Assembly (NCBI GenBank): GCA_038279365.1
Contig: JAYODI010000004.1
Coordinates: 21,256-85,255 of the forward strand
DNA length: 64,000 nucleotides
Direction of reading: 5' to 3'
DNA from: Candidatus Latescibacterota bacterium
GTDB taxonomy: Bacteria; Latescibacterota; UBA2968
Position 1 is the stretch's first letter. Every line of letters starts with the position of its first letter. Positions 9,682-18,800 of the stretch are shown here, piece by piece. The translations under genes and the position numbers were made by a program. Under the pieces are notes generated by a model. It had not been told where the DNA came from. It did not search any database and saw only the letters and a list, made by a program, of their open reading frames with translations.

Positions 9682-10545
9682 TTATTGTTTGATGGTACCA
9701 AATGTGACACCGCGCAAGAGGTGATTGCGCACCAATATGGTGAATATGACAATGGGAATCACAAAAATCAACACACCAGCAGCCACTTGAGGCCAAGGAA
9801 TGCCTTGGATGTTGCCTTGCAATCCGGCAAAGTAGACGGGCACGGTTACGGCTTGAGCGTTGTTGAGTGTGAGGGCAAAACCATATTCATTCCAAGCAGA
9901 GATGAGGCAAAAAACGGCAGTCACCGCCATACCTGTTGCCGACTGGGGTAAGATGATTTTGTAAAAGGCTTGGAGGCGTGTATATCCATCCACAAGAGCG
10001 GCTTCTTCATATGCGCGTGGGATGTCATCTATAAAGCCTTTCATGAGCCACACCGCCAATGAAAGATTAAATGCTGTATAAAGTAAAATGAGCCCAATGT
10101 GTGTGTTGGGCAGGTCAAATTGACGATACATTATAAGCACGGGGACAACCACCGCAAGTGGGGGCAAAAAACGTGTGGAAAGAATAAAAAAAAGCCAGTC
10201 CTTTGCGCCCAAAATTTGAAACCGACTGAACCCATATGCACAACCAGTGCCAAGGGCAACCGATGCAAATGTGCTTATCAGGCCAATTAAAATGCTGTTG
10301 CTGAGGTAGTGAAAAAAAGAGTACGCACGGCCTGTTTGAGGGGTTGCTAAGTTGCGGTAGGCATCTAATGTGGGGTGAAACTGGATGCGATGAGAAGGTG
10401 TACTTGGCTCGGTATGGGGGATGAAAGATGCCGTAGAAGCAATGGCCGCTTCATTGGTTTTAAATGAGGTGATACCCAGCCAAAACAATGGGGCTGTAGC
10501 CAAAAGGAAATAAGGTAACAGGATCATCCAGCGTATATAGATCAT
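9682..10545 (-). CDS. Carbohydrate ABC transporter permease (MalG-like)
   Basis: Six TM segments, EAA loop 'YEEAALVDG', AWNEY. Confidence 0.92.
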   Translation of the reverse strand: MIYIRWMILLPYFLLATAPLFWLGITSFKTNEAAIASTASFIPHTEPSTPSHRIQFHPTLDAYRNLATPQTGRAYSFFHYLSNSILIGLISTFASVALGTGCAYGFSRFQILGAKDWLFFILSTRFLPPLAVVVPVLIMYRQFDLPNTHIGLILLYTAFNLSLAVWLMKGFIDDIPRAYEEAALVDGYTRLQAFYKIILPQSATGMAVTAVFCLISAWNEYGFALTLNNAQAVTVPVYFAGLQGNIQGIPWPQVAAGVLIFVIPIVIFTILVRNHLLRGVTFGTIKQ

Positions 10546-11417
10546 GTTGGTCGGCCTTGTTTTTGAAGGATGGTCGCCATGTAACGGATGAACACGCTTG
10601 ATAAAACGATAACAATGATCAATATGACAAGCCCATAGGCACTGCCCAATCCTATTTTATACCCACGAAACATAGTTTGATAAAGCAGGGCACTCAGAGT
10701 TTGGGTAGCAGGGTCATTGGGACCCGTGATGGACATAACAAGGTCAAATTGTTTTAAGGCATCGGTGGTGCGAAAAAGAACAGATAAAAAAAGGAGGGGT
10801 GAACAAAGCGGGAGCGTGACGCGTCGAAAAATGGTCCACGGGGATGCACGGTCAATGGTTGCTGCTTCATAAAGGTGTTTGGGAATGGCATTGAGTCCGG
10901 CCAGTGCAATGAGCATCATAAATGGGGTCCACATCCAAATGTCTATGATGAGTATGGAAAAAAGTTTGAGGTTTGGGTCGGTAAGCCATTGGGGTTGTGG
11001 CAAGGCAAAATAGGAAAGAATTTGATTGAATACCCCATAATGACCGTTGAGGATGAAGTTCCAATAGAGCCCCATAACGGCAGGGGAGAGCATCATGGGA
11101 ATAAGGATAAGGGTGAGCAAAAGTGTTTTGCCTCGAAATGGGGTATAGAGGGCAAAGGCGAGGGCAAATCCTAAGAGCAGTTCAATTGATACTGCCAATA
11201 CGACAAACAGTCCCGTGGTGCGCAGGGCCGAGAGATAACGGGGGTCATCAAAAACGATTTCAAAATTTCGCATGCCCACAAAGGTGGCCAGTCCCCCACT
11301 GAGTTCCATGTTGGTGAAGCTGAGATAGATGTTATAAACAAGTGGAAAGACGTTGAATAAGATCAAGAAGATCAACGCGGGTGCAACAAAACCATATTTG
11401 ATAGATTGATTTTGCAT
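10542..11417 (-). CDS. Carbohydrate ABC transporter permease (MalF-like)
   Basis: 'DIWMWTPF', EAA loop 'LYEAATIDRAS'. Start placed at ATG 11417 (ORF track gives 11450). Confidence 0.9.
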   Translation of the reverse strand: MQNQSIKYGFVAPALIFLILFNVFPLVYNIYLSFTNMELSGGLATFVGMRNFEIVFDDPRYLSALRTTGLFVVLAVSIELLLGFALAFALYTPFRGKTLLLTLILIPMMLSPAVMGLYWNFILNGHYGVFNQILSYFALPQPQWLTDPNLKLFSILIIDIWMWTPFMMLIALAGLNAIPKHLYEAATIDRASPWTIFRRVTLPLCSPLLFLSVLFRTTDALKQFDLVMSITGPNDPATQTLSALLYQTMFRGYKIGLGSAYGLVILIIVIVLSSVFIRYMATILQKQGRPT

Positions 11418-11549
11418 GGGGCAATAAGCGGGTGAAAGTTGGGTTTGCAATATGAGAGTCGGTTATTATAATGTGCGTATTCTTTTGTGTCAATCATTGG
11501 TCGTAGAAAAAATGTCATACATAACGACTATCCTGAGATATTGGAGGTG

Positions 11550-12536
11550 ATGGTGAATAAAAAAATGGTGTTTTGGCCAGCATTATCAGATGATGTGATG
11601 GCACAGGTAAATGCGTTGAATGTTGAGGTGGCGGTTGTCGATTCTGAAACTGGGGCCATAGAAGCCATTGCTGATGCCGATGCGTTTTATGGGCGTTTGA
11701 CACCTGGTATTTTGTCGGCGGGCAAACAATTAAAATGGGTGCAGGCAACAAGTGCGGGGTTAGATGGCTACTTTTTCCCAGAATTGCGCAACAGCGATGT
11801 GGTTTTAACCAATTTGCGTGGGATATACAGTGATGTGATTGCCGATCATGTGTTTGCTTTTATACTCACATTGGCCAGAGGGATGCATGTCTATACACAG
11901 CATCAAGCCAATGGAAAATGGCAAAAAGGTGCAGAAGTGATCCATTTGGGGGGCAAGGTGCTCGGTATTCTTGGATTGGGGGGCATTGGTCTTGAGGTGG
12001 CCAAACGTGGGCATGCTTTTGGCATGACGGTGATGGCTGTAGACCCTGCCCCAAAAGATCGGCCCGATTATGTGACTGCGGTGTTTGATCCCAAAGATGC
12101 GATGCAGATGCTCAAGCAAGCCGATTTTGTGGTGATTTGTGTGCCTCATACGGGTGAAACGGAATATTTGATCAATCGGGAGGCCCTGGCTCAAATGAAA
12201 AATACGGCTGTGCTGGTCAATATTGGACGTGGCAAAGTTGTGGATTTGACTGCGTTAACTGAAGCGTTAGAAACAGGTCAATTGGGTGGGGCGGGGCTGG
12301 ATGTTTTTGAAACAGAGCCATTACCTGAAGGACATCCTTTGTGGGCGATGCCCCAGGTGGTTATTACGCCTCATGTGGCGGGTATTTCACCTGAGGTAGC
12401 CAAGCGGCGCAAACGTGTCATTGTAGAAAATATAAGGCGTTTTGTGGCAGGAGAACCGTTGTTAAACGTGGTGGATAAAAAACGAGGCTATGTGGTGGCA
12501 GGAAATGATGGGGCACAAATTGAAGGGGTGAATTAG
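11550..12536 (+). CDS. D-isomer-specific 2-hydroxyacid dehydrogenase
   Basis: GLGGIG Rossmann motif, NIGRG, LDVFETEPLP, ITPHVAG; GGAGG just before ATG 11550/GTG 11553. Confidence 0.9.
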   Translation: MVNKKMVFWPALSDDVMAQVNALNVEVAVVDSETGAIEAIADADAFYGRLTPGILSAGKQLKWVQATSAGLDGYFFPELRNSDVVLTNLRGIYSDVIADHVFAFILTLARGMHVYTQHQANGKWQKGAEVIHLGGKVLGILGLGGIGLEVAKRGHAFGMTVMAVDPAPKDRPDYVTAVFDPKDAMQMLKQADFVVICVPHTGETEYLINREALAQMKNTAVLVNIGRGKVVDLTALTEALETGQLGGAGLDVFETEPLPEGHPLWAMPQVVITPHVAGISPEVAKRRKRVIVENIRRFVAGEPLLNVVDKKRGYVVAGNDGAQIEGVN

Positions 12537-12823
12537 GTTTCCCCATCTTTGTGTTTTGCAGGCATGGAACTGTTGATTTTGGTGTGGAGTTCGGAAATGT
12601 CTTGTTCGTATTTGAGGGCTTCTTCTTCAAGTTTGGCGGTTCGGTTTTCGGCTTCATTTCTCGCTTTTTCAGATTCTGAAAATTGAAGTTCGAGGCGTTT
12701 GATGTCGATTTCTGTTTGCTCGATTTTTTCGCGGCTTTCCCGATGATCCTCCAAAAAGCCAATGATAACCATCGCCAAATAGATAATGGCACCAATTGCA
12801 ATGCCCAGAAATAACCAATTCAC
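12533..12823 (-). CDS. Small membrane-anchored coiled-coil protein
   Basis: N-terminal hydrophobic helix then E/K-rich heptads; GAGGG upstream of GTG. Confidence 0.7.
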   Translation of the reverse strand: MNWLFLGIAIGAIIYLAMVIIGFLEDHRESREKIEQTEIDIKRLELQFSESEKARNEAENRTAKLEEEALKYEQDISELHTKINSSMPAKHKDGET

Positions 12824-12845
12824 TCAAACCCTCTTTGTCTGATTT

Positions 12846-12878
12846 AAAAAAAGGATGCCGATCAGGCATCCTTTTTTT
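12846..12878. terminator. Bidirectional intrinsic terminator
   Basis: AAAAAAAGGATGCC-GATCA-GGCATCCTTTTTTT, a perfect stem with A/T tracts on both sides, right after the stop of 12878..13165. Confidence 0.85.
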
Positions 12879-13165
12879 TATTTCTTTTCGTGACTGCGGC
12901 GCATTTCAAGTACATGGGCAAATGTATCAGAAAGGCTAAACCCTTTGCGAGAATACTTTAACATGGCTTCCCGAGACATCACCATCATGGTTTCTTCTTC
13001 TGGGTCTGGATAACGACAAAAACTGTGTTTGACCTCAACACCAGTGATGCAACAGCGCGATTCAAGAGGAAATTCACGTTCGGTATCGGTCAAGGTTTCG
13101 GCGGGGGCCAAGTCTTCGTTGCCTTCCTGATATTCTGAATAGAATTCGACATTTTCTTCTGACAT
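12878..13165 (-). CDS. Small acidic hypothetical protein with CCITG...C motif
   Basis: Strong RBS AAAGGAG, own terminator, 95 aa. Confidence 0.75.
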   Translation of the reverse strand: MSEENVEFYSEYQEGNEDLAPAETLTDTEREFPLESRCCITGVEVKHSFCRYPDPEEETMMVMSREAMLKYSRKGFSLSDTFAHVLEMRRSHEKK

Positions 13166-13288
13166 GGTTTACGCTCCTTTATGTGTGAACGAAAAGGTGT
13201 TGCAAAGAGGTAAAAAATATACCGAAATTGTAAATTGTGTAAAGAGAAAATATGCGCTATATGTAAAAAATGCCAATGTTTAGCCTAT

Positions 13289-14467
13289 TTAGAGGTCGTC
13301 TTCTGTAGGCACATTTCTGCGAATTTCTAAGAGACGAACATAACGGTTATGAACAAAAACCATAAATGCGCCCATTAAAAAATATGCCAGACAAACTTGC
13401 AAAATGGAAAACAGGGCATCCACACCTTGGGCATGTTTTAAGACCAAGGCTTCCAACCCTTGTCCGGCACTGATGAGGTAAATGACCCAAACAGCACGTT
13501 TGTTGCCCAATCCAAGATCTGAGAGGCGGTGGTGAAAGTGATCTCGCCCTGTAAAGTGAAGCCATTGACCAAAACTTCGCACTTGGCCGGTGGCTATGCG
13601 CACAACCGTGGTGAGGCTGGTGTCAAAAATGGGCACGCCCAAAATCACAATGGGCACCACAAGTCCAACCCAACCGTCGTTACCCCATTCCCCCAAAATA
13701 CCAATGCCTGCCAGTGTAAACCCTAAAAAATTGCTTCCGCTGTCGCCCAAAAATATGCTGGCGGGTTTGTGTCTTCGAAAATTAAAGGGCAAAAATCCCA
13801 CGCAACTTCCAGCCAAGGCGAGGGCCAAAAGGAGCATTTCTGATCCCCCAGCCCGAAGGGCAACCAAACTAAAAAAGGTCGCATTGATAGCGGCAGTTCC
13901 ACTGGCAAGACCATCCATGCCATCTAGAAAATTGATGGCATTGGTGATGCCAACAACCCATAAAAAGGTGATGAGGTATTCACCCAACTGTCCCCACCAG
14001 GTTTCGGGTAAAAAGGACAAGATCGCACCATACTTGATTAAAATACCTACGGCAAAAATTTGTGCCAGGAGACGAATTTTGGCTGTTAGGCCCCATATGT
14101 CATCCAAGAGCCCCATGAGAAAAATAAGGGTAGCTCCCAAGGCAACGCCTTTGCGTTGTTCGGTAAAATAGAGAATGTCTTGTGCCAAAAACATGACCAA
14201 CGCAAAGCCCAAAAAAATGGCTACGCCCCCCATGAGAGGGGTTACATGTTGGTGGGTTTTGCGGCCCCCTGGTTTGTCAACTGCACCTATCTTTTCTGCC
14301 ACCCACATAATAGAGGGGACCAAAAAACAGGTCAATCCAAATGACAAAAGGAGAATATAGGCCCAGGTGAGCGAATGGGTGACCACTGTCGCTTTGACAC
14401 CTGGAAATAGAAGGAACCCAATGAGCAAAAAGGCTGGGATCTGAATCAGCTTGAAGGGCCTAATCAA
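13289..14467 (-). CDS. wecA: Undecaprenyl-phosphate N-acetylhexosamine-1-phosphate transferase (WecA/MraY family), priming transferase
   Basis: GLLDD, NAINFLDGMDGL, IFLGDSGS, PIFDT, DHFHHRL; multi-TM. Confidence 0.88.
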   Translation of the reverse strand: MIRPFKLIQIPAFLLIGFLLFPGVKATVVTHSLTWAYILLLSFGLTCFLVPSIMWVAEKIGAVDKPGGRKTHQHVTPLMGGVAIFLGFALVMFLAQDILYFTEQRKGVALGATLIFLMGLLDDIWGLTAKIRLLAQIFAVGILIKYGAILSFLPETWWGQLGEYLITFLWVVGITNAINFLDGMDGLASGTAAINATFFSLVALRAGGSEMLLLALALAGSCVGFLPFNFRRHKPASIFLGDSGSNFLGFTLAGIGILGEWGNDGWVGLVVPIVILGVPIFDTSLTTVVRIATGQVRSFGQWLHFTGRDHFHHRLSDLGLGNKRAVWVIYLISAGQGLEALVLKHAQGVDALFSILQVCLAYFLMGAFMVFVHNRYVRLLEIRRNVPTEDDL

Positions 14468-15489
14468 AGCGCCTCCTGTGCAACGTGAAGGATGTGATCT
14501 ATTTCTTTTTCAGACAGATCGGGATAAAGGGGTATGGAGACCGCGTGTTGATACGTATGGGTTGTGTGTGGATATGCCTGGTCACTTTCTCCCACAATAT
14601 TATGCAACGGATAAAATACAGGTTTGCGCACAGATACGCCATGAGATTCAAAAGTGGCAATCAGTTGAGACGCGGGTTTGGGATGCCGAATGACATATCG
14701 AAATGGAAATTCGCCCGCTTTGAATAGGGGCAATTGGGCATTGGTTTTTGTTAGGCTATCGGTAAAGCGTTGCCCCAATTCACGCCGGCGGGCGATGAGT
14801 TGGGGCAGTTTATTGAGTTGGGCATGGATAATGGCTGCTTGTAGGTCTGTGAGTTTATAATTGTAACGCAATTTGTTGTCTGTGCGTCCATCATAGTCAC
14901 GTAAGTCGCGAAGATGGGTTGCCAACGTGTCACTTTGGGTGGCAATGGCCCCACCTTCGCCGCCGCAAATCACTTTGGTGGCATAAAATGAAAAGACAGA
15001 AAGTTGCCCCAGACTGCCTACGGGGCTCCCTTTGTAAGTCGCCCCTAAGGCCAGCGCACAGTCTTCGACAATGGGCGCACCAAGAGACGTTAACGATTCG
15101 ATGTCTACGGTATGACCAAACATGTGTGGGGCAAGGATGGCCCCAATCACAGGGTGAGGGTGGGGTGGGGTCAGTTGAAATGTAAGGGGATCGATATCGC
15201 CCAAAATGGGGGTGGCACCAATGAGACGAATGGCATTGAGTAATGCCGTGCACACATAAGAGGGCAAGAGCACATTGGTTTTTTGCGGAAGATTGAGCGC
15301 CAACAATGCCAAGTGTAGAGCCGCACTTCCAGAGTTGACTGCAATGACATGTTTGACACGTAGATGCGCAGACATTGCTTGTTCCAACTGGGCAACTTCA
15401 GTGCCTTGGGCCAGCATGCCCGAGCGGATAATCCGCAGTGCGGCGTGTTCTTCTTCAATGCCCAATGATGGACGAGAATGAGGTATCAT
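14464..15489 (-). CDS. DegT/DnrJ/EryC1/StrS PLP sugar aminotransferase
   Basis: NSGSAALHLAL, VEDCA, FSFYATK (catalytic Lys), GEGG. Start moved to MIPHSRP (15489). Confidence 0.9.
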   Translation of the reverse strand: MIPHSRPSLGIEEEHAALRIIRSGMLAQGTEVAQLEQAMSAHLRVKHVIAVNSGSAALHLALLALNLPQKTNVLLPSYVCTALLNAIRLIGATPILGDIDPLTFQLTPPHPHPVIGAILAPHMFGHTVDIESLTSLGAPIVEDCALALGATYKGSPVGSLGQLSVFSFYATKVICGGEGGAIATQSDTLATHLRDLRDYDGRTDNKLRYNYKLTDLQAAIIHAQLNKLPQLIARRRELGQRFTDSLTKTNAQLPLFKAGEFPFRYVIRHPKPASQLIATFESHGVSVRKPVFYPLHNIVGESDQAYPHTTHTYQHAVSIPLYPDLSEKEIDHILHVAQEAL

Positions 15490-15496
15490 AGCGTGT

Positions 15497-16114
15497 TTAA
15501 ATGTTGATAAACAGCCGCATGGCGGAGAAGGCTTCTGCACTTTTGACACGTGCTTGTATGCCACGAAAATGTGCCGTAGAACGTGCCACATCCACAATAG
15601 ACCGTTCGTGTACGTAGGTGTTCATGACTTGTGATTTATGGGCTTCAAGGCAGGCGAGTTTGTATTCTAACACATCGCCCACATCTACATAAACAGTGGG
15701 GTTAAAGTTGATTGACGAAAAGCCCTCAAAGTATAAGACGTTTTTAATGAGCGATCGGCTTGCAGGGATCACGGCTTGTGCAAGGGCGCGGTGGTCTTGG
15801 TGTGTGTCATCGGGGTAAGGGACAAATGCAAAATCGGGTTTGACCTGTCGTGCCACATTTTCGATATCCATAATCAACTGCCTGCTGCAAGCCACCTCGG
15901 TGTCGATGTGATTTAAAAAGAATACGTCTTCGGCATCCATGAGGCGGGCGGCTTCGCGTTGTTCTTTTTTTCGCATTTCAGGTTCATCTTTGGCAGATCC
16001 ATTTGTCACCACGCACAAAAAAATATTGTGTCCTTGTCGGCGATATTTGATCAATGTGCCCGCACAGCCATATTCAATGTCATCGGGGTGTGCCCCAACG
16101 GCGAGAATATTCAT
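15497..16114 (-). CDS. PIG-L/LmbE family N-deacetylase
   Basis: AHPDDIE and HQDH zinc motifs, AHKSQ, AEAF. Confidence 0.9.
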   Translation of the reverse strand: MNILAVGAHPDDIEYGCAGTLIKYRRQGHNIFLCVVTNGSAKDEPEMRKKEQREAARLMDAEDVFFLNHIDTEVACSRQLIMDIENVARQVKPDFAFVPYPDDTHQDHRALAQAVIPASRSLIKNVLYFEGFSSINFNPTVYVDVGDVLEYKLACLEAHKSQVMNTYVHERSIVDVARSTAHFRGIQARVKSAEAFSAMRLFINI

Positions 16115-16138
16115 TGAAAGCCTCCCTCTATAGGCGTG

Positions 16139-16957
16139 TTATTTTTTGATCAGTACTGCAAATAAGAGATAACCACGACGTTGTGGTTTATAAAAAAAAC
16201 GGTCGAGCCTGGATGCAATGGTAAAGAGTGTGGGTTCAAAAAATCTAAAAAAGCGCACACCAAAGATCAGATCGGTTGCCCAAACTGTAAATAAATGCAA
16301 GGCATATTCAAAATGGCTTGTTGTAAAAAGGTTTGAAACTTGGTTTTTAAGATCTTCGGCATTGTAGAAACGGTGCTGAAAAAAGCGCTCTTTTTGCTCT
16401 TGTGATGTTAAGGCCAACCAAGATTTTCCATTCCATATTGGAGGTGTATATAATAATCTTGGCACAAGTTTTGGCATCAAGGTTTCACCGCCAAACAACT
16501 GCCCTTTGCCTGAGGGCGCAATGGATGCCAGGCTGACCAAAAGTCTGCCACCTGGAGCAAGCAATCTGTGAAATTCTCGAAACACAGCATCATCGTCGGG
16601 GATATGTACAACGGTGTCAAGAGATACAATTTGGTCAAATGAGCCCGCCTCAAAGGGTGTTTGGGTAGACAAGTCACCCACGCGAAAGTCAATGTCTAAG
16701 TGGGCTTGTTTTGCCGCTGTTTGGGCCACATCAATTTCGTGTTGTGAAATATTGGTGCCTGAAACTTTGAGGCCTTGTTTTGCCATCCAAATTGTCAATT
16801 CACCCGTCCCACAAGAGGCATCCAATGTGTGGGTTGCTTGCCAGTTTATAAGCGTTTTTACGCGGTAAAATCGAGGCATCCATGCTGTAATGGGGAACAG
16901 CACGTTTTGGACTTTGAGGAAGCCATCGGCCAGTGAGCCTAAAAGACGGCGCATCAT
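16139..16957 (-). CDS. Class I SAM-dependent methyltransferase
   Basis: LDASCGTG motif I, 'SFDQIVS', 'HRLLAPGG'. Confidence 0.85.
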   Translation of the reverse strand: MMRRLLGSLADGFLKVQNVLFPITAWMPRFYRVKTLINWQATHTLDASCGTGELTIWMAKQGLKVSGTNISQHEIDVAQTAAKQAHLDIDFRVGDLSTQTPFEAGSFDQIVSLDTVVHIPDDDAVFREFHRLLAPGGRLLVSLASIAPSGKGQLFGGETLMPKLVPRLLYTPPIWNGKSWLALTSQEQKERFFQHRFYNAEDLKNQVSNLFTTSHFEYALHLFTVWATDLIFGVRFFRFFEPTLFTIASRLDRFFYKPQRRGYLLFAVLIKK

Positions 16958-17640
16958 GAGCGATTTTCTCCCAAAAGAACTCGCAAGCTTTCGGGGCCAT
17001 GGTTAAAAAGTAGGTCAATGGTTGACATATAGGGTTCAAAGTTTCCAAAGTTTTGTGTGTATGTGGGGTGCGTAAATGATTGGAATTCTACCCGAATGCC
17101 TGCCGCATCAAATTGCGCCAAGTCCATATAATCATGGCCGCCAGCTCCTGCCAGATATGTGTCGGCATGGAGGTGTTTGCAGATGTCTACCAAGCGACCT
17201 GTTGGATCATTTGATAGGTGCCATTGGGAGGCATCGTCTAAGGGGGTTGTGATGCCCAATGCCTGAACGATGAGGTCGATGGTTGCCCGATTGATGTCGG
17301 TGAGCATTTGCCACTCTTGTTGGAAGAGCCTTTCGAAAAGTGAGAAATAGTCTTTAAAAAAAGGGGCTTTTGTGTAATTGGAGATGAGTGCTTGTAGGTG
17401 TTTGTTGCGCCAAGTGATGTCGTTGTTTATGGGGACTTCGGCAATGCTCATTGGAAATTTGAACCGTACGGGCACCGTCAGCCACTGCCATCCTTGGGCG
17501 GTTTTGATTTTGTTTCGGTTTTGAAATTCATTTTTTTTAAATTGCACAATATCAAGCATCACAAATCGATCCGCGCGGGCTATTTTTTCAAAATAACCCA
17601 ACCACGGCAAATATTGAGGTTGGTGAACGGCAACGATCAT
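16954..17640 (-). CDS. WbqC family protein
   Basis: HQPQYLPWLGYF, QNRN, LTVP, 'MSTIDLLFNHG'. Confidence 0.9.
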   Translation of the reverse strand: MIVAVHQPQYLPWLGYFEKIARADRFVMLDIVQFKKNEFQNRNKIKTAQGWQWLTVPVRFKFPMSIAEVPINNDITWRNKHLQALISNYTKAPFFKDYFSLFERLFQQEWQMLTDINRATIDLIVQALGITTPLDDASQWHLSNDPTGRLVDICKHLHADTYLAGAGGHDYMDLAQFDAAGIRVEFQSFTHPTYTQNFGNFEPYMSTIDLLFNHGPESLRVLLGENRS

Positions 17641-18797
17641 GCCGGTGCTCCCATCAGTGTTCTGTAAATGTTTTCGGTTTTTTCAACCGTGCTTTCAATT
17701 GAAAAAACGGTAATGGCGCGCTGATAGCCTGCTTCACCCATTTTTGCTCTTTGTGTTGGTGAAGAAATCAGTTGGTTCATGGCTTGGGCCAAGGCATCTG
17801 GAGATTGAGCAGGCACCAATAGACCTGTTTTGCCATCTTCAACAACTTCCGGAACCCCCCCCACCAAGGTTGCTATTGCGGGTAAGCGTTGTGCCATTGC
17901 TTCAATAAGCACCAAGCCCAAGCCTTCGTTGAGTGAGGGCAACACAAAAACATCAGATGCGCCTAACAAATTGGGGATGTCACTTCGCCAACCCAAAAAG
18001 TGAATGTTTTGTGATAGACCGAGTTTGTGAACATGGTTTTCAAGTTCTTCACGTAACTCGCCTTCTCCGACAATGAGCAGGTGGGTATTTGAGTGTTCGG
18101 CAACCACTTTGGGAAAAGCGTTTATCAGGTCTATTTGGCCTTTTACTGGCACCAATCTGCCAACTGTGATGCAAACGATCGAATCAGATGTAAGGTGGAG
18201 GCTGTTTCGCACATCTTGTCGCGTTTGGGTCATTTTTGAAAACATGGCGATGTTGATGCCGTTATAAATAACGGTATATTGCTTGCGTTGGCCGATTTTG
18301 GCGGCGATATACTGGTCAATTTCGCGCGTGGTTAAACAGATGATGTATTGTGCCAATGGGGCGGTTAAGCGTTCTAAATAGGCATAAATTTTGGTGACAA
18401 CAGAAGAAAAGTAACCTTCTAAAACGGTGCCGTGTGGCGAATGAACAACGGCTGGTATTTTGCAATATCTGGCAGCGATACGGCCTAAAAATCCTGCCTT
18501 GGAAGTGTGGGTGTGCACAATGTCATAGTTACCTGCACGTATGATTCGAATTAGATGACACAATGCCCGCCAATCACGAATAGGGTGTGGGCTTCGTCTC
18601 ATGGTGGGGACCAATATAAGTGGCATTCCCGAGTCGATCACTTCTTGTGTGAGATCCAAGTGGGTGTCATCTGCTTGCCCTGTTGCCAAATCAATTTGAA
18701 TGTCAGATGACATGTGTCGAATGGTTTCTAAAAGTGCTTGAGGTGCACCTCCGCGTTCGAGGCGCGTGATGATGTTCAGAACCCGAATTTTAGGCAT
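17637..18797 (-). CDS. Glycosyltransferase family 4
   Basis: HTHTSKAG, GRLVPVKG, EGLGLVLIEAMA. Confidence 0.92.
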   Translation of the reverse strand: MPKIRVLNIITRLERGGAPQALLETIRHMSSDIQIDLATGQADDTHLDLTQEVIDSGMPLILVPTMRRSPHPIRDWRALCHLIRIIRAGNYDIVHTHTSKAGFLGRIAARYCKIPAVVHSPHGTVLEGYFSSVVTKIYAYLERLTAPLAQYIICLTTREIDQYIAAKIGQRKQYTVIYNGINIAMFSKMTQTRQDVRNSLHLTSDSIVCITVGRLVPVKGQIDLINAFPKVVAEHSNTHLLIVGEGELREELENHVHKLGLSQNIHFLGWRSDIPNLLGASDVFVLPSLNEGLGLVLIEAMAQRLPAIATLVGGVPEVVEDGKTGLLVPAQSPDALAQAMNQLISSPTQRAKMGEAGYQRAITVFSIESTVEKTENIYRTLMGAPA

Positions 18798-18800
18798 TTT

